The notes below the pieces were generated by a model. The model searched no databases and had not been told where the DNA came from. It saw only the letters and a program-made list of their open reading frames with translations. The position numbers and the translations under genes are program-made. A stretch of DNA of 63,118 bases, the filler included, from Octopus bimaculoides (taxonomy: Eukaryota), in the NCBI RefSeq assembly GCF_001194135.2. It is 4 parts of 4 records of this genome, joined end to end, with 100 filler letters (N's around TTAATTAATTAA, not from the genome) between each part and the next. Parts side by side here need not be neighbours in the genome. Positions count along the whole stretch, not along the records: positions 34,679 to 58,244 come from NC_069010.1; 3 more parts are not named here. The stretch is one strand, 5' to 3'. Below, piece by piece: positions 40,336 through 52,500 of the stretch. Positions within the stretch are counted from its first letter, which is position 1, and every line of letters begins with the position of its first letter.

Positions 40336-42915
40336 GTCTCACACCCACCAGTTTCTGGCAATGATAGTTCAGGCCATGCATGACCTCCACAACTTCACAC
40401 TAATGTTACAAATAAATTAAAGTTTAATTTAAAAATTAAATCTGGAGTTAAACTGATTTTTATATGGGTGTTTTGTTGAGGGTTTTGTTTTTCTAGGGCT
40501 GTGGATTGAATACTCGTTTATGCATCCCATATAACCCCTCCTAACTTTTATATTTTGGGGTATTTTCAGAAAACACTTGCGAATTTGTGTTCTACACACA
40601 GGAATTCAAATGGTCATGAAAAATGGGTTTTTACAGGTGGCATTATGTCATGCATGTCATGAGACTTTTGCCATTATGTCATGCATGAGAAGAAGACCCA
40701 TCAAGCCAAGCAAAATCACAGTCATGGTAGATATAGGTGGCACATAAAAGCACCCCCCATGGCACATAAAAGCACCCATTACTCTAGATTTTGTTGTTAC
40801 AATTTTACAGGCATGGCTGTGTGGTAACAAGCTTGCTTCTCAGCCTCATAGTTCCGAGTTCAGTCCCACTGCATGACACCTTGGGCAAGTGTCTTTTACT
40901 ATAGCCTCAGGCCGACCAAAGCCTTGTGAGTGGATTTGGTAGACGGAAACTGAAAGAAGCCTGTCATGTATATATTTATATATATATATATATATATATC
41001 GCCTGACTGGCCTCATGCGGGTGGCACGTAAAAGCACCCACTACACTCTTGGAGTGGTTGGTGTTAGGAAGGGCATCCAGCTGTAGAAACTCTACCAAAT
41101 CAGGATTGGAGCCTGGTCTAGCCATCCGGTTTCACCAGTCCTCAGTCNNNNNNNNNNGTGAGTGGATTTGGTAGACGGAAACTGAAAGAAGCCTGTCATG
41201 TATATATTTATATATATATATATATATATATCGCCTGACTGGCCTCATGCGGGTGGCACGTAAAAGCACCCACTACACTCTTGGAGTGGTTGGTGTTAGG
41301 AAGGGCATCCAGCTGTAGAAACTCTACCAAATCAGGATTGGAGCCTGGTCTAGCCATCCGGTTTCACCAGTCCTCAGTCAAATCGTCTAACCCATGCTAG
41401 CATGGAAAGCGGACGTTAAACGATGATGATGATGATGTGTGTGTGTGGAAGTGCAATGGCCCAGTGGTTAGGGCAGCGGACTCATGGCCATAGGATTGCG
41501 ATTTTGATTTCCAGACCAATTGAACAACATGGGAATCAAAGGGGTCCATGGGTAAAAAATAGTTGGAAAACATTGTTCTAGAGCAGGGGGTCACCAAACT
41601 TTTTCCAGAGCGGGCCAGCTAAATAAGAGAATAACAAGCGCTGGCCGCATAGCCATTTTGTTCAATACAATACAGTAAATACACAAAAAATAAAGACAAC
41701 TAACATATTTATTTACCAAAAAGTTATTAAAGAACGCAATGTTAGCAATAAGATGGTTATATCACACCCAATGCATACATAGGTGCAGGAGTGGTTGTGT
41801 GGTAAGTAGCTTGTTTACCAACTGCATGGTTCCGGGTTCATTTCCACTGCATGACACCTTGGGCAAGTGTCTTCTACTATAGCCTCGGGCCGACCAAAGC
41901 CTTGTGAGTGGATTTGGTAGGCGGAAACTGAAAGAAGCCCGTCGTATATATGTATGTGTGTGTATATGCTTGTGTGTCTGTGTTTGTCCCCCCTCAACAT
42001 CGCTTGACAACCGATGCTGGTGTGTTTACGTCCCCGTAACTTAGCGGTTTGGGAAATGGGACCGATAGAATAAGTACTAGGCTTCCAAATAATAAGTCCT
42101 GGGGTCGATTTGCTCGACTAAAAAGGGCGGTGCTCCAGCATGGCTGCAGTCAAATGACTGAAACAAGTAAAAGAGTATATCCGAATTTCACTTTTAAGAG
42201 GAGGTGATAATTCAAAGGATATAGTGAAACAGATACAGGTGTTTTGTTGTAGAGGAAGTATAAGGTTACCCAGCCGGAGAGAGAAAGATCTGGAAGGAAG
42301 GCAGAAACAGGTGAGCTACTGCAAAGAAAATACATGGTTGCCTAACCCGAGGGAAGTGCAGGTTAGGCAACCCTGTATCGAGGTCGATAAATTAAGTACC
42401 AGTTACGTACTGGGGATCAATCTAATTGTCTGGCCCTCTCCCCCCAAATTTCGGTGAGTGGTTATATCCTCGTTACCTAGTGTTTCGGCAAAGAAGATAG
42501 ACAGAAAAAGTATCAGGCTTTAAAGAAAGAGAAGTACTGGCATACATTCGCTCGAGGAATTCTTCAAGGCGGTGCTCCAGCATGGCCGCAGTTTAACGAC
42601 TGAAACAAGTGGCTCCGATATATATGTATGCGATGGGCTTCTTTCAGTTTCTGTCTGAGACTATAGTAAAAGAAATTCGCCGAAGGTGCCACACAGTGAG
42701 ACTGAACCCGAAACCTCATGGTTAGGAAGCAATATTCTTGCCACACAGCCACGCATGCGCCTCACTATTGTTTGTTGTTCAAATCCGTTGATGTTTTGAT
42801 ATCGGAGACAAATTCGGATCGCTGATGGAAGGAAGGACAGAGGGACGGAGGCGAGGAGAGAAGGAAGGAAGAAAGGGAGGGAGGAAAGACTGATTAAAGA
42901 CTTACGATATAAAAT

Positions 42916-44260
42916 CCGGACTTTTGCTTAAAGAAAGACGATTAATGACTTCACCGGAATTTCAAATAAAGGACTAGACCAGATTGCGCACACGCATATA
43001 CACACAGAATTTTCAAAAATTTACGCTGGATGATTTATAGAAAGAAAGACTGTTTTTCGAAAATTAAATTTTATATGAGACGAAATATTGAAAAATATGT
43101 AAAGATTGTTCAAGACTGAAGTGTATATAGCAAGCTTTATTAATGATTAACCGAAGCCGGACTTTTTATACGAAGGGGAACGGTTAAAGACAGAACCGGG
43201 CTTTGACATAAAGGAATATGTTTAATGGCCAGAGCGAGCAAGGCCAAACTGGACTTCAGTGTAAAAGGAGGCGTTAGAGGCCATGCTGTAGTGGTCGAAA
43301 ATAGGACAAGGACAAGCTGGAGTTTTACATTAAAGGAAATCGGTTCCAGGCTAGAGAAAACTACGCCGGACAGGTCACTGATAAGAACAAAACAAGACCG
43401 GACAAGCTATAGACTTGGCCGGACTAGCTAAAAACTGGACAAGGCAGGGAGACGTTAGACATCAAAGAAGTACTGGCCGGACTGGTTACAGATCAGAACA
43501 AGATTTAAGCTGGAGTTTTACACTAAAGGAAGGCCGGTCAAGACCAAGCCGGACAAGCTATATACTAGGACAAAGCCAGGCCGGACAAGCTAAAGACCAG
43601 ATACAGCCAGTGACACGTTAGAAATTATAGAAGGCAAGGCCGGATGGCTTAAAGACCAGGCTGGAATCTTACATTAAAGGAAGCCGGTTCAAGAGGAGAG
43701 AAAACCGGGCCGAACAGGTTATTGACCAGGGGTAGGTCAGACTGGAGTTTTATGTGGAGGTAGTCTTTAAGGATCAAACAAGGACAGACCGGACTGGCTG
43801 AAAATCAAGTAGAGCCATACTGGACTTTTACATAAATAAAATTCACGTATGACCGGGTGAGACGAGGCCGGACTTCAGCATAAAGGAAAGTGGTTGACGA
43901 TCAGAAAAGACCAAACCGACCAGGACAAGACCAAGCCGGAGTTTCATGTAAAGGACAGCAGTTGAAAGACCAGGTAAAGCCAGGATGGAATTTTACGTTA
44001 AAGGAGGGCGATTCGAGTCCAGACTAAGTCAGAGCCAGACTGGACTTTTACATAAGTAAAATTCACGTATGACCGGGCGAGACGAGGCCGGACTTCAGCA
44101 TAAAGGAAAGTTGTTGACGATCAGAAAAAGACCAAACCGACCAGGACAAGACCAAGCCGGAGTTTCATGTAAAGGACGGTAGTTCAAAGGCCAGGCTGGA
44201 ATTTTACGTTGAAGGAGGGCGATTCGAGTCCAGACTAAGTCAGGGCCAGACTGGACTTTG
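42916..44260 (+). repeat. Non-coding array of about 19 degenerate CYGGANTTY..TAAAGGA motifs with a terminal about 220-bp tandem duplication
   Basis: Motif starts near 42916, 42954, 43157, 43196, 43249, 43317, 43510, 43661, 43742, 43820, 43868, 43936, 43985, 44040, 44088, 44157, 44196 and 44251. 43821-44040 is duplicated at 44041-44251. Confidence 0.85.
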
Positions 44261-44295
44261 GTCTTTTGTGAAGAAAGAGAGGATGCGAAGGAGAG

Positions 44296-45169
44296 ATGGA
44301 CTGCGACATCAAATCTGAAAACTATAGTATTAGCAATAACAACAACAACAACAACAACAGTAATAATAGCAATAATGGTAACATTGATATTATTATTAAT
44401 AAGAACGATGACGACGACGACGATAACAAACATGTTATTCACATTGAAGACGACTCTCCGACCGCGACCACCACAGTTAATTCCGTCGAAGACAACCTCG
44501 TCGATACCAAAGGCAGTGCAAACAACAGCAGCAGCAGTGCATCAAACGTCACAACAAACACCGCGACCAACAACAGCAGCAGCAGTGAGCTCCGCCGTCA
44601 ACACTATCTCCTCCAGGAGCAGCGTTATCGCCATCTACAGCAACAGAGACAACAACAGCGCCACGTGAACAGCCGCAGCATCAACATCACATCATCGTCG
44701 TCATCGTCACCATCGTTGTCATCATCGTTAAACTCGTCGTCGTCCTCGTCCACCACCACCGCCTCCTCCTCCTCCTCCTCCTCCAACACCACCACTTCCA
44801 CCACAAATACTATCACCACTACCACCCCCACCACTCACAACAACTACAGGAACAACAACAAACATGTCGATAAAACGTTCGGTTTGTTGAAGTGTGACTC
44901 CGAATGTGTGCCGCAAGAGAAGCTGGTGGAGTTTTTGGCCAGCAAGCCGAAATTCAACCAGGCTGTCATGATTAGGAAAGGCAGGCAAATTATGCGGAAA
45001 GATTTGGTAGGCATCGAAGAAGGACCCAACGGATTTCTTACAGATATATTCCATCCTGTGTTTGCAATCACGCCTTCCAGGAGGTGCATTGTCGTGAAAG
45101 AGGACCTCTTGTGCAACGGCGAAGGAAGCTGTCGACGAAAATGTGGCGGAATCGGGGACTGCATTATTG
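44296..45169 (+). CDS. Exon 1 of a 4-exon Cys/His-cluster (WRKY-GCM1/FAR1-like zinc finger) gene
   Basis: ATG 44296 with an in-frame stop upstream at 44236. Low-complexity N-terminus, then globular sequence ending CNGEGSCRRKCGGIGDCII. Donor G|GTAAGT at 45169/45170 (phase 1). An upstream exon using acceptor ttttgtgaag (44273) cannot be excluded. Confidence 0.85.
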
Positions 45170-45867
45170 GTAAGTCTCTCAGACCGTTCAATATCTTTCC
45201 TTGCACGTCATCATCATCATCATCATCATTTAATGTCTGTTGTTTTCTGTGCTGATATGGGTTGGACGGCTTGACAGGGACTGGCAAGGTCAGGCAGGGA
45301 CTACACCAGGTCCCATAGCCTGTTTTAGCTTGGTTTCTACAACTGGATGCCCTTCCTAATGCCAACCACTCCATATAGTGTACTGAGGGCGTTTTATGTG
45401 GCACCATTACCAATGCTTTTTACGTGGTACCAGTACCCACACCAATGCTTTTTATATGGAACCTTTTAGGATCACAATTCTGTTGAGGTGGGCCACTCTG
45501 TACACACACACATACACATGACAAACATATATACAACAGGCTTTTTTCAGTTTCTGTCTACCAAATTCATTCAACATGCTTTAGTCAGCCCAAGGCTATG
45601 TATGGTATAAGACACTTGTCCAACATGAAGTGGAACTGAACCCAGAACCATGTGGTTGGGAAGCTAACTTCTTAACCACCATCATCATCATCATTGTCAT
45701 CGTCAACATCCTCATCATCATCATCGTTGTTGTCATCATCATCGTCATCGTCACCACCATCGTCATCGTCACCACCATCGTCGTCATCATATGTTGTTTC
45801 TCTAGCAGGGATTGGACTATGTGTAATTCTATGTGTAATTCTTTTATTGTGTCCATTTTTTTTCCAG

Positions 45868-46037
45868 ATTGTCCAAAGAAGACCGAACGGGCCAAGATGG
45901 GCCACCGCTGCTCCTTCAAAGTTCTCCTCACTATGCATTCCGACCAGATAGGTATGTGGGAGGTGAAACTGATCGGAAGTCACATGGAGCCGGAATACGC
46001 GTGGGTGCCACCCATCAAGAAAGTAAAATGGAGAAAG
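45868..46037 (+). CDS. Exon 2 of the zinc-finger-like gene
   Basis: Acceptor ttttttttccag. Phase 1 gives DCPKKTERAKMGHRCSFKVLLTMHSDQIGMWEVKLIGSHMEPEYAWVPPIKKVKWRK. Donor AAG|GTATTG (phase 0). Confidence 0.88.
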
Positions 46038-46479
46038 GTATTGTTTTTTATTCTTTTACTCTTTTATTTGTCTCAGTCACTTGACCGTGGCCCTGATGGA
46101 GGCCTACTGCCTTGAAGGGTTTTAGTTGAACAAATCGACCCCAGGACTTTTAAAAGCCTAGTACTTTGGTCTCTATTGCTGAACCACTAAGTTACAGGGA
46201 GGAATTCCTCTCAACACATGGCTATGTTCCTCCACTACTTCTGCTCGTGATCAGAGATGCACATATCGTCAGCCACCAAGGGATATGCTCAACTGGTTAA
46301 GGTCAAGCAACTGACAAGTAAATCTGTGATATTCAGCAGAATATTTGCTGTAGCCCATCTTTTACACCCAGACAAAACAATGTACATGATAGCACTTCCA
46401 ATCAGTTAAGATGAGAAGTCATGAGAGCCACTGCCTGGTACCTGCATCAGGGCAATTATTATTATTATTATTATTATTA

Positions 46480-46640
46480 TTGCCTTTGCACAGCTTCTAA
46501 CGCTGGAGATGTACTACAGTGTCAGCTGTTCACTACCAGTGAACTAAGGTAACACCCCTTATTTTTCGAGCACCATCCGAAGTATTCAAGCAGTTCCAAG
46601 CAGTGCTGTTTTCTGCAAGTGCTCCACCCTTATTGCAGCC
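46480..46640 (-). mobile_element. R4/Dong LINE 3' end with (AAT)n tail
   Basis: Homologous to 31442-31575. Confidence 0.7.
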
Positions 46641-46873
46641 CCTATTATCATTATTATGTACTAGGTCAATACTTGTTGATGCACATAACTTTTCTTAGAT
46701 TGTTCAAAGTGTAAGTCTTATTTTTAGAGCCTGTGTTGCATTGTTTATATGTTGAGAGACACACAAGCAGCCAAAGAAAACGATGGCACATTGGTTAGAG
46801 TGCAGGTCTAACAATCATGAGGTAGTGGGTTCGATCTTTATATGGAACTAAGCACCATTTTTACCAATTTCAG

Positions 46874-47011
46874 GTCCATTCCCACACAAAGGCACTGAAA
46901 AAAGCTCTCCAACACCGAAAGAATTCAGTTCTGCAATTCGATTGGCCAGTGAAACCAAGTTTTGCAGCTGAAAAAAAAGAAACCACAGAATTCTTGATCC
47001 AGACAAATTCT
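46874..47011 (+). CDS. Exon 3 of the zinc-finger-like gene
   Basis: Acceptor aatttcag, 138 nt open in phase 0 (VHSHTKALKKALQHRKNSVLQFDWPVKPSFAAEKKETTEFLIQTNS), donor TCT|GTGAGT. Confidence 0.78.
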
Positions 47012-47288
47012 GTGAGTATGTTTCTTTCTAGCTTCATTTGCAATTATGTATGAGTTAATTAGTCTCCAGAAATTTTATTTATTTATTTATTTTTTTTTTA
47101 ATTGTTTCAGTCGTTTGACTGTGGCCATGCTGGAGCACCGCCTTTAGTCGAGCAAATCGACCTCCAGGACTTATTCTTTGTAACCCTAGTACTTATTCTA
47201 TCGGTCTCTTTTGCCAAACTGCTATGTTACAGGGACGTAGACACGCCACCATCGGTTGTCAAGTGATGGTGAGGGGACAAACGTACAT

Positions 47289-47327
<39 letters not shown>

Positions 47328-47660
47328 CGAAGGCTGTGTGGTTAGGAAGCTTGCTTCCCAGCTACATGGTTTCAGGTTCAGTCCCACTGCGTGGCACCTT
47401 GGGCAAGTGTCTTCTCCTATAGCCCCGGGCCGAACGAAGCTTTGTGATTGAATTTGGTAGGCGGAAGTTACTGCCGTGTGTGTATATGTCTGTGTATGTG
47501 CCTCTCCGAAAGAGAGAGAGAGAAGACACAGTTGGACTGTATATATATATATATATGTATGTATGTATGTATATGCATGTGTATTTATGTATAGATATGT
47601 ATACATGTACATGCAAACTGTGTATATAATTATCGATTACCTTTTCTTTTTAATTTCCAG

Positions 47661-48605
47661 TTTGAGAAGTCGACCCCGTTAGCCATGGAATCCAGCAACA
47701 TCTGCGGACTATCCTCTTCACAGCTGAGCCAGATTCAATCCCAGATGTTTGTCCAAAAAGAAGAGGCAGCCTTCGAAGAATTTCCGACCAACAACGACCA
47801 AATGGACAACTGCAACAGTAGCTCCTCAGGCCAACTGGCCGTATACTCCACTGCCGGCACCACTGCTGCCAATCAGAACTCTATGGTGTACCAGAAGGTC
47901 GAACTCTGCGATGACTACGATGACTATTATATAGATAGTGGCCATCAACATAGTGGTGGTGGCAGTGGCGGAGGAAGTGGTATTGGTGGTGGTGGTGGAG
48001 TTGTTGATGATGATGACGATGACAATAACGAAGATGATGACAATGCTGATGACGGTTACTCCAGCATCATTAATATGAATTTCAACGGCATCCGCAGCGC
48101 CAACATCAACAACAACAACAATAACAGTAACTTCTTTGTCAACAACAGCAACAGCAAGACCAACAGCAGCAACGCTGTGGCGTCTGCCGCTTCTTCCGCT
48201 GCCGCTGCTGCTGCGGCAGCTGGGATGGTCCGGCTGTTACCGCTGTCGTCCGCTTCCGCTGCATCCTCGGCAGCGGCGGCCGCTGCTGCTGCTTCCGCTG
48301 CTGCCACCGCGATGGACTTCTCGGAGGCGGCGGTCGGAAAAAGTGGCAGGATTGGGGCGGGTGGTGTTGGTGGCGGCGGTTTGGAAGAGGTGGTGGAGGA
48401 CACTCTTAGCTTTGAGGAACACCTCTTGGACTTCCATCGTGCCGAACACGAACAACGGATGGCGTTTATGTCGCAGGAACATCTTGCGAAGATGGAGGTG
48501 ATCGCTTTGGAGAAGGACATTGCTTTGTTGAAGAGACAGAAACTGGTCAACGAACTCGGCGCCAGTTTGAAGAAATGTGACAATATTCTCTTGACAGAGC
48601 AATGA
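47661..48605 (+). CDS. Exon 4 (terminal) of the zinc-finger-like gene
   Basis: Acceptor cttttctttttaatttccag in phase 0, in frame with ORF 47685-48605. Poly-G/D/N/A tracts and C-terminal EHEQRMAFMSQEHLAKMEVIALEKDIALLKRQKL coil. AATAAA near 49161. Confidence 0.88.
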   Translation, partial: FEKSTPLAMESSNICGLSSSQLSQIQSQMFVQKEEAAFEEFPTNNDQMDNCNSSSSGQLAVYSTAGTTAANQNSMVYQKVELCDDYDDYYIDSGHQHSGGGSGGGSGIGGGGGVVDDDDDDNNEDDDNADDGYSSIINMNFNGIRSANINNNNNNSNFFVNNSNSKTNSSNAVASAASSAAAAAAAAGMVRLLPLSSASAASSAAAAAAAASAAATAMDFSEAAVGKSGRIGAGGVGGGGLEEVVEDTLSFEEHLLDFHRAEHEQRMAFMSQEHLAKMEVIALEKDIALLKRQKLVNELGASLKKCDNILLTEQ

Positions 48606-48816
48606 CACGTACACATGTTCATACGTTCATACACATGGACAGTTATACACATACATACACACACACAAATATATACAACATATATATACATGTGTTTATA
48701 CAGATACTTAAGGTTTGTTCTACACATATATATAGATGCAAGTATTTATACATAGATACACCCTGATAGTTTTATATATACACACACACACGTGTATATA
48801 CACTCACACATACATG

Positions 48817-48875
<59 letters not shown>

Positions 48876-49989
48876 ATATATGTATATATATATATACACA
48901 TACATACATACATATATATACACATACATACTCACATATATCACACACAATCAGTTATACACATATGCAAACACACACAGACATGCATAGATACAAAGAG
49001 ACACACATACACACACACTCAAACATATCCAAACAGAGGGAGACAGGGTTACACACATACACATACAAATACAAATAAACAGACACATTCAGACATGGAC
49101 ACACACAAACACAAACATGCCCTCTCTCTCTTTCTCATAAAATTCTCAATTTGGCCAGTAAATAAATAAAAAAAAATAAACTGCAAAAAGTATTTAAAAA
49201 ATTATATAAATAACAATAATAATAATAATAATAACAACAATGTATTTTTGTTATTTCTTTTGTGTTGGTGTTGTTAATTGTGTTGCCCCATGATTCTTAT
49301 AGTGTTGTAGTCCACCTGGTTGTAAGTAGTTACCAGTTACCACAAGGTGGCATTATTTTCTTTCGTACTCAGACACAGGCTAGGTGGTGTGGTAAGAAGC
49401 TTGCATGGTACCTTGGGCAAGTGTTTTCTTCTATAGCAGTAGTTCCCAGACTGTTTTCTTTATTCATTCATGGGGCTGCATTTTTAGAATGAAAATTTCC
49501 TTTCGCCTCATCAAAGGACCAGAGAGAGATGCTTAAAGGGAGATAACCACGGGATAACTCCCTCCTCCAATTTGTGGACCCATTTTACTATATTCTCAAT
49601 ACTTAATATACAGTAAGCCCACTACTATCACGAGTGTTACATTCCAAAACCCAACACGAGAGGTGAAAATCCACGAAGTAGTACTGTATATTTTTACCCC
49701 CTGCCTTAGCGAAGGCAGGGGTATTGTTTTCAATCATACTTGTTCGTTTGTTTGTTTGTCCATGGACAAGATATCTCGAGAACCGCAGATTGGAGCCTGG
49801 TGTCGCATCCTGGTCCACCAGTCCCCAGTCAAATCGTCCAACCCATGCTAGCATGGAAGGCGGACGTTAAACGACGATGATGATGAATATAATTTGCAAG
49901 CTCCATTTGGTCCTAGTTGCTTTTCGATGGAAAGGTCACGGATGGAGAGGCGCTGAGTGTAGGTCCCACTGGATTGGGGTTGACCTGAG

Positions 49990-51440
49990 GCTGAAAGAAA
50001 CGACGACAACAACAAGAACAAGAACAAATGGTATTTTATTTTCATTAAAGCAGTGAAGTGGGGTGGAGGTCAATACATCCGTCATCTTCATTGTCACTGA
50101 CAACAAAGATGATGACGGGGAAGTTTCGTCATTGGTGGCGGTGATCTTGTCGTCGATGTCTGATGACGGCAATGAAGATGTTTATGATGACGGTGACGAC
50201 AAAGATGACATTAGAGGGAAAGGGGAGGTGATGTCGTAATTGTAACTGATGGTGTTTTGGTCAATGGCGATGATGACATTTACGACAACGACGACGACAA
50301 AGACAGTGATGANNNNNNNNNNNNNNNNNNNNNNNNNNNNNNNNNNNNNNNNNNNNNNNNNNNNNNNNNNNNGGAGGTGGTCGAGGCTCCTTGTCGCTGC
50401 CAACATTGCCATTAGCAACGGCGATGTGTTGTTCTTACAAATGACAATGACAAAAACGACAGTAGAGGGGAGGGCAAGGTGCCGTCGCCGTCATCATTGT
50501 CGATGTTTTTGACAGCGACAACAATGATGACGATGAGACAATGATAGGGTGGAGAGGTGAGGGTAGTTGAGGCTTCTTATTGTCATCGTCATCATTGTCA
50601 GTTGATGGTGTTCTGCTGTTGCTACCAATGGCGAAGATAAAAATGAAGATGGTGAAGAGGATGTCAATGATGATGACGGTGTTGACAATGACAATGAAGA
50701 TGGATGACGACGAAGACAACAGTGGAGGAAGGGAAAGTGGGTGTTGTCATCATTGCCATTGTCGATGTTTTGGTCAATGACAGTAACAGCGAAGGGGAGG
50801 GCGAGGTTCCGGGTGGTGGAGCATGGTGACTCAGGCTCCTCGTCATTGTTGTCATCATTGTTAGTGATGGTGTGTCATTGCTTCAAATGGCAACGATAAC
50901 ATTGAAGAAGACGAAGACGACGGTAAAGACGATGGCGACGACGATGATGATAATGCCAGCGTCAGCACTGTTATTGTTGTTAAACAATGACAAACGTCCA
51001 AGGAGACGAACATTATGATGAAGACTATGATGAGAGGATTACTATGTAAAGAAACGAAAACGAAAAAACAAACAAACAACACCAGCACAGCTAAACAAGT
51101 CTTTGTTAATTAGAAAACAGTTCGTTAAAACGAATTGAAAGGAAACACAAACGTGACAGATGTTTTTCTTGGTGGTGGCATTGGTGATAGTCGAGGTGTT
51201 GTAGTAATGGTGGTGGTGGTGGTGGTGGTGGAGGGAAAACATAAGACCCAAATAGGTTGTCGTCGTCATAGTGGTATAGTCAGTAGCGTGATGGTGGTGG
51301 TGGTGGTGGTGGTTATAGGACGATAGCGTAATCAGCAGTAATAATAGTAAAGTAATAGTAATGGTTGTTGTAGTAGTATTAATAGTAGTAGTAGTAGTAG
51401 TAATAGTAGTAGTAGTAGTAGTAATTCTTTGGTTGGTAAA
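49990..51440. repeat. Degenerate GAT/GAC/GGT/GTA triplet low-complexity region
   Basis: Seen directly. No single long ORF. Confidence 0.8.
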
Positions 51441-51821
51441 TTTAGCTGCATTTTTGCCACCAGGAAGCTGTGAAAGAAGAAGAAAAAAAGACATTAAAAT
51501 ATATCTAAAAACTGAAAGACAAATATGTAAAAAAAAAAAAAAGAAAAAAAAAGTCATGGAAAAAAGGCATTTATATCATCATCATCATCATCATCACCAC
51601 CACAGATGTGTGTGAAAATATGTGTGCGTGTGTGTCATCATCGTCGTTTAACGTTCGTTTTCCATGCTAGCATGGGTTGGACGATTTGACTGAGGACCGG
51701 TGAAACCGGATGGCTACACCAGGCCCCAATCTGATCTGGCAGAGTTTCTACAGCTGGATGTCCTTCCTAACGCCAACCACTCGGAGAGTGTAGTGGGTGC
51801 TTTTTACATGCCAAATGTATA

Positions 51822-52500
51822 CAGAGTCTTGCAGATAAATTGGGACCAATTCTAATCCTCTTCTTCATTTTTCAGGTAAATAGCAAACTAATTCGACAAC
51901 AGAAAAGTCATGGAACAACAGAAACGTTTCACCATTGTTACTTTGGCATGTGCCAGGCACGCTACCAATAAAATTGTTAAGCTGACGAAACTTCCAAAAG
52001 CAACAGTTTATTGTGTGTATGAACAATTCAAAGAGGGAAAGATTGATAGAAAAGAACACAAAACTCAAAGTGATTCCAAGTGCTTTCCAAAGTTTCCCAA
52101 TGGCCTCAAATGCTCGATTGGAGCCAACCCACCCACGTCAACTGTTGCAAAGAAACGCAATGTGTCCCTTTTTACGGTGTTCAGAGCTGTGTACAGGAAC
52201 CTTGGCATGACTAGCTATGTTTGATGACGCCATCATCTCCTAACAGCCGAGACCAAAGCAATCAGAGCTTCTGTCATTCATCAAGCATCAAGGTGCAGGA
52301 AACATTCACATGTTTGTGGATGAGAAGTTTACTGTGGATGCTGAGGTGAATCGCAGAAATTCTCGACTGATTGCATACAACCCTTCAGGTGTCCCCACTG
52401 CATTTGAGACCAAGAATCCTGTATCTGTGATGGTATTTGGAGTCGTGGAAAGTGATAGAAGTGTCATGGATCCACACTTCATTGAGTCTGGCTGCAATCA
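51822..52500 (+). mobile_element. Decayed, 3'-truncated Tc1/maT-like (probable D,D37D) transposon
   Basis: TA|cagagtcttgcagataaattgggacc end, HTH-like ORF 51910-52224, and FVDEKFTVDAEVNRRNSR...TKNPVSVMVFGVVESD catalytic-domain start. Confidence 0.8.

Noticed and set aside
42916-44260. The motif array as a CRISPR array or as a coding repeat (P/L-D/E-F-x-I/V-K)
   Set aside because: Eukaryotic context, degenerate repeats, repetitive spacers and no cas genes. The motif shifts frame and the 220-bp period is not a multiple of 3.
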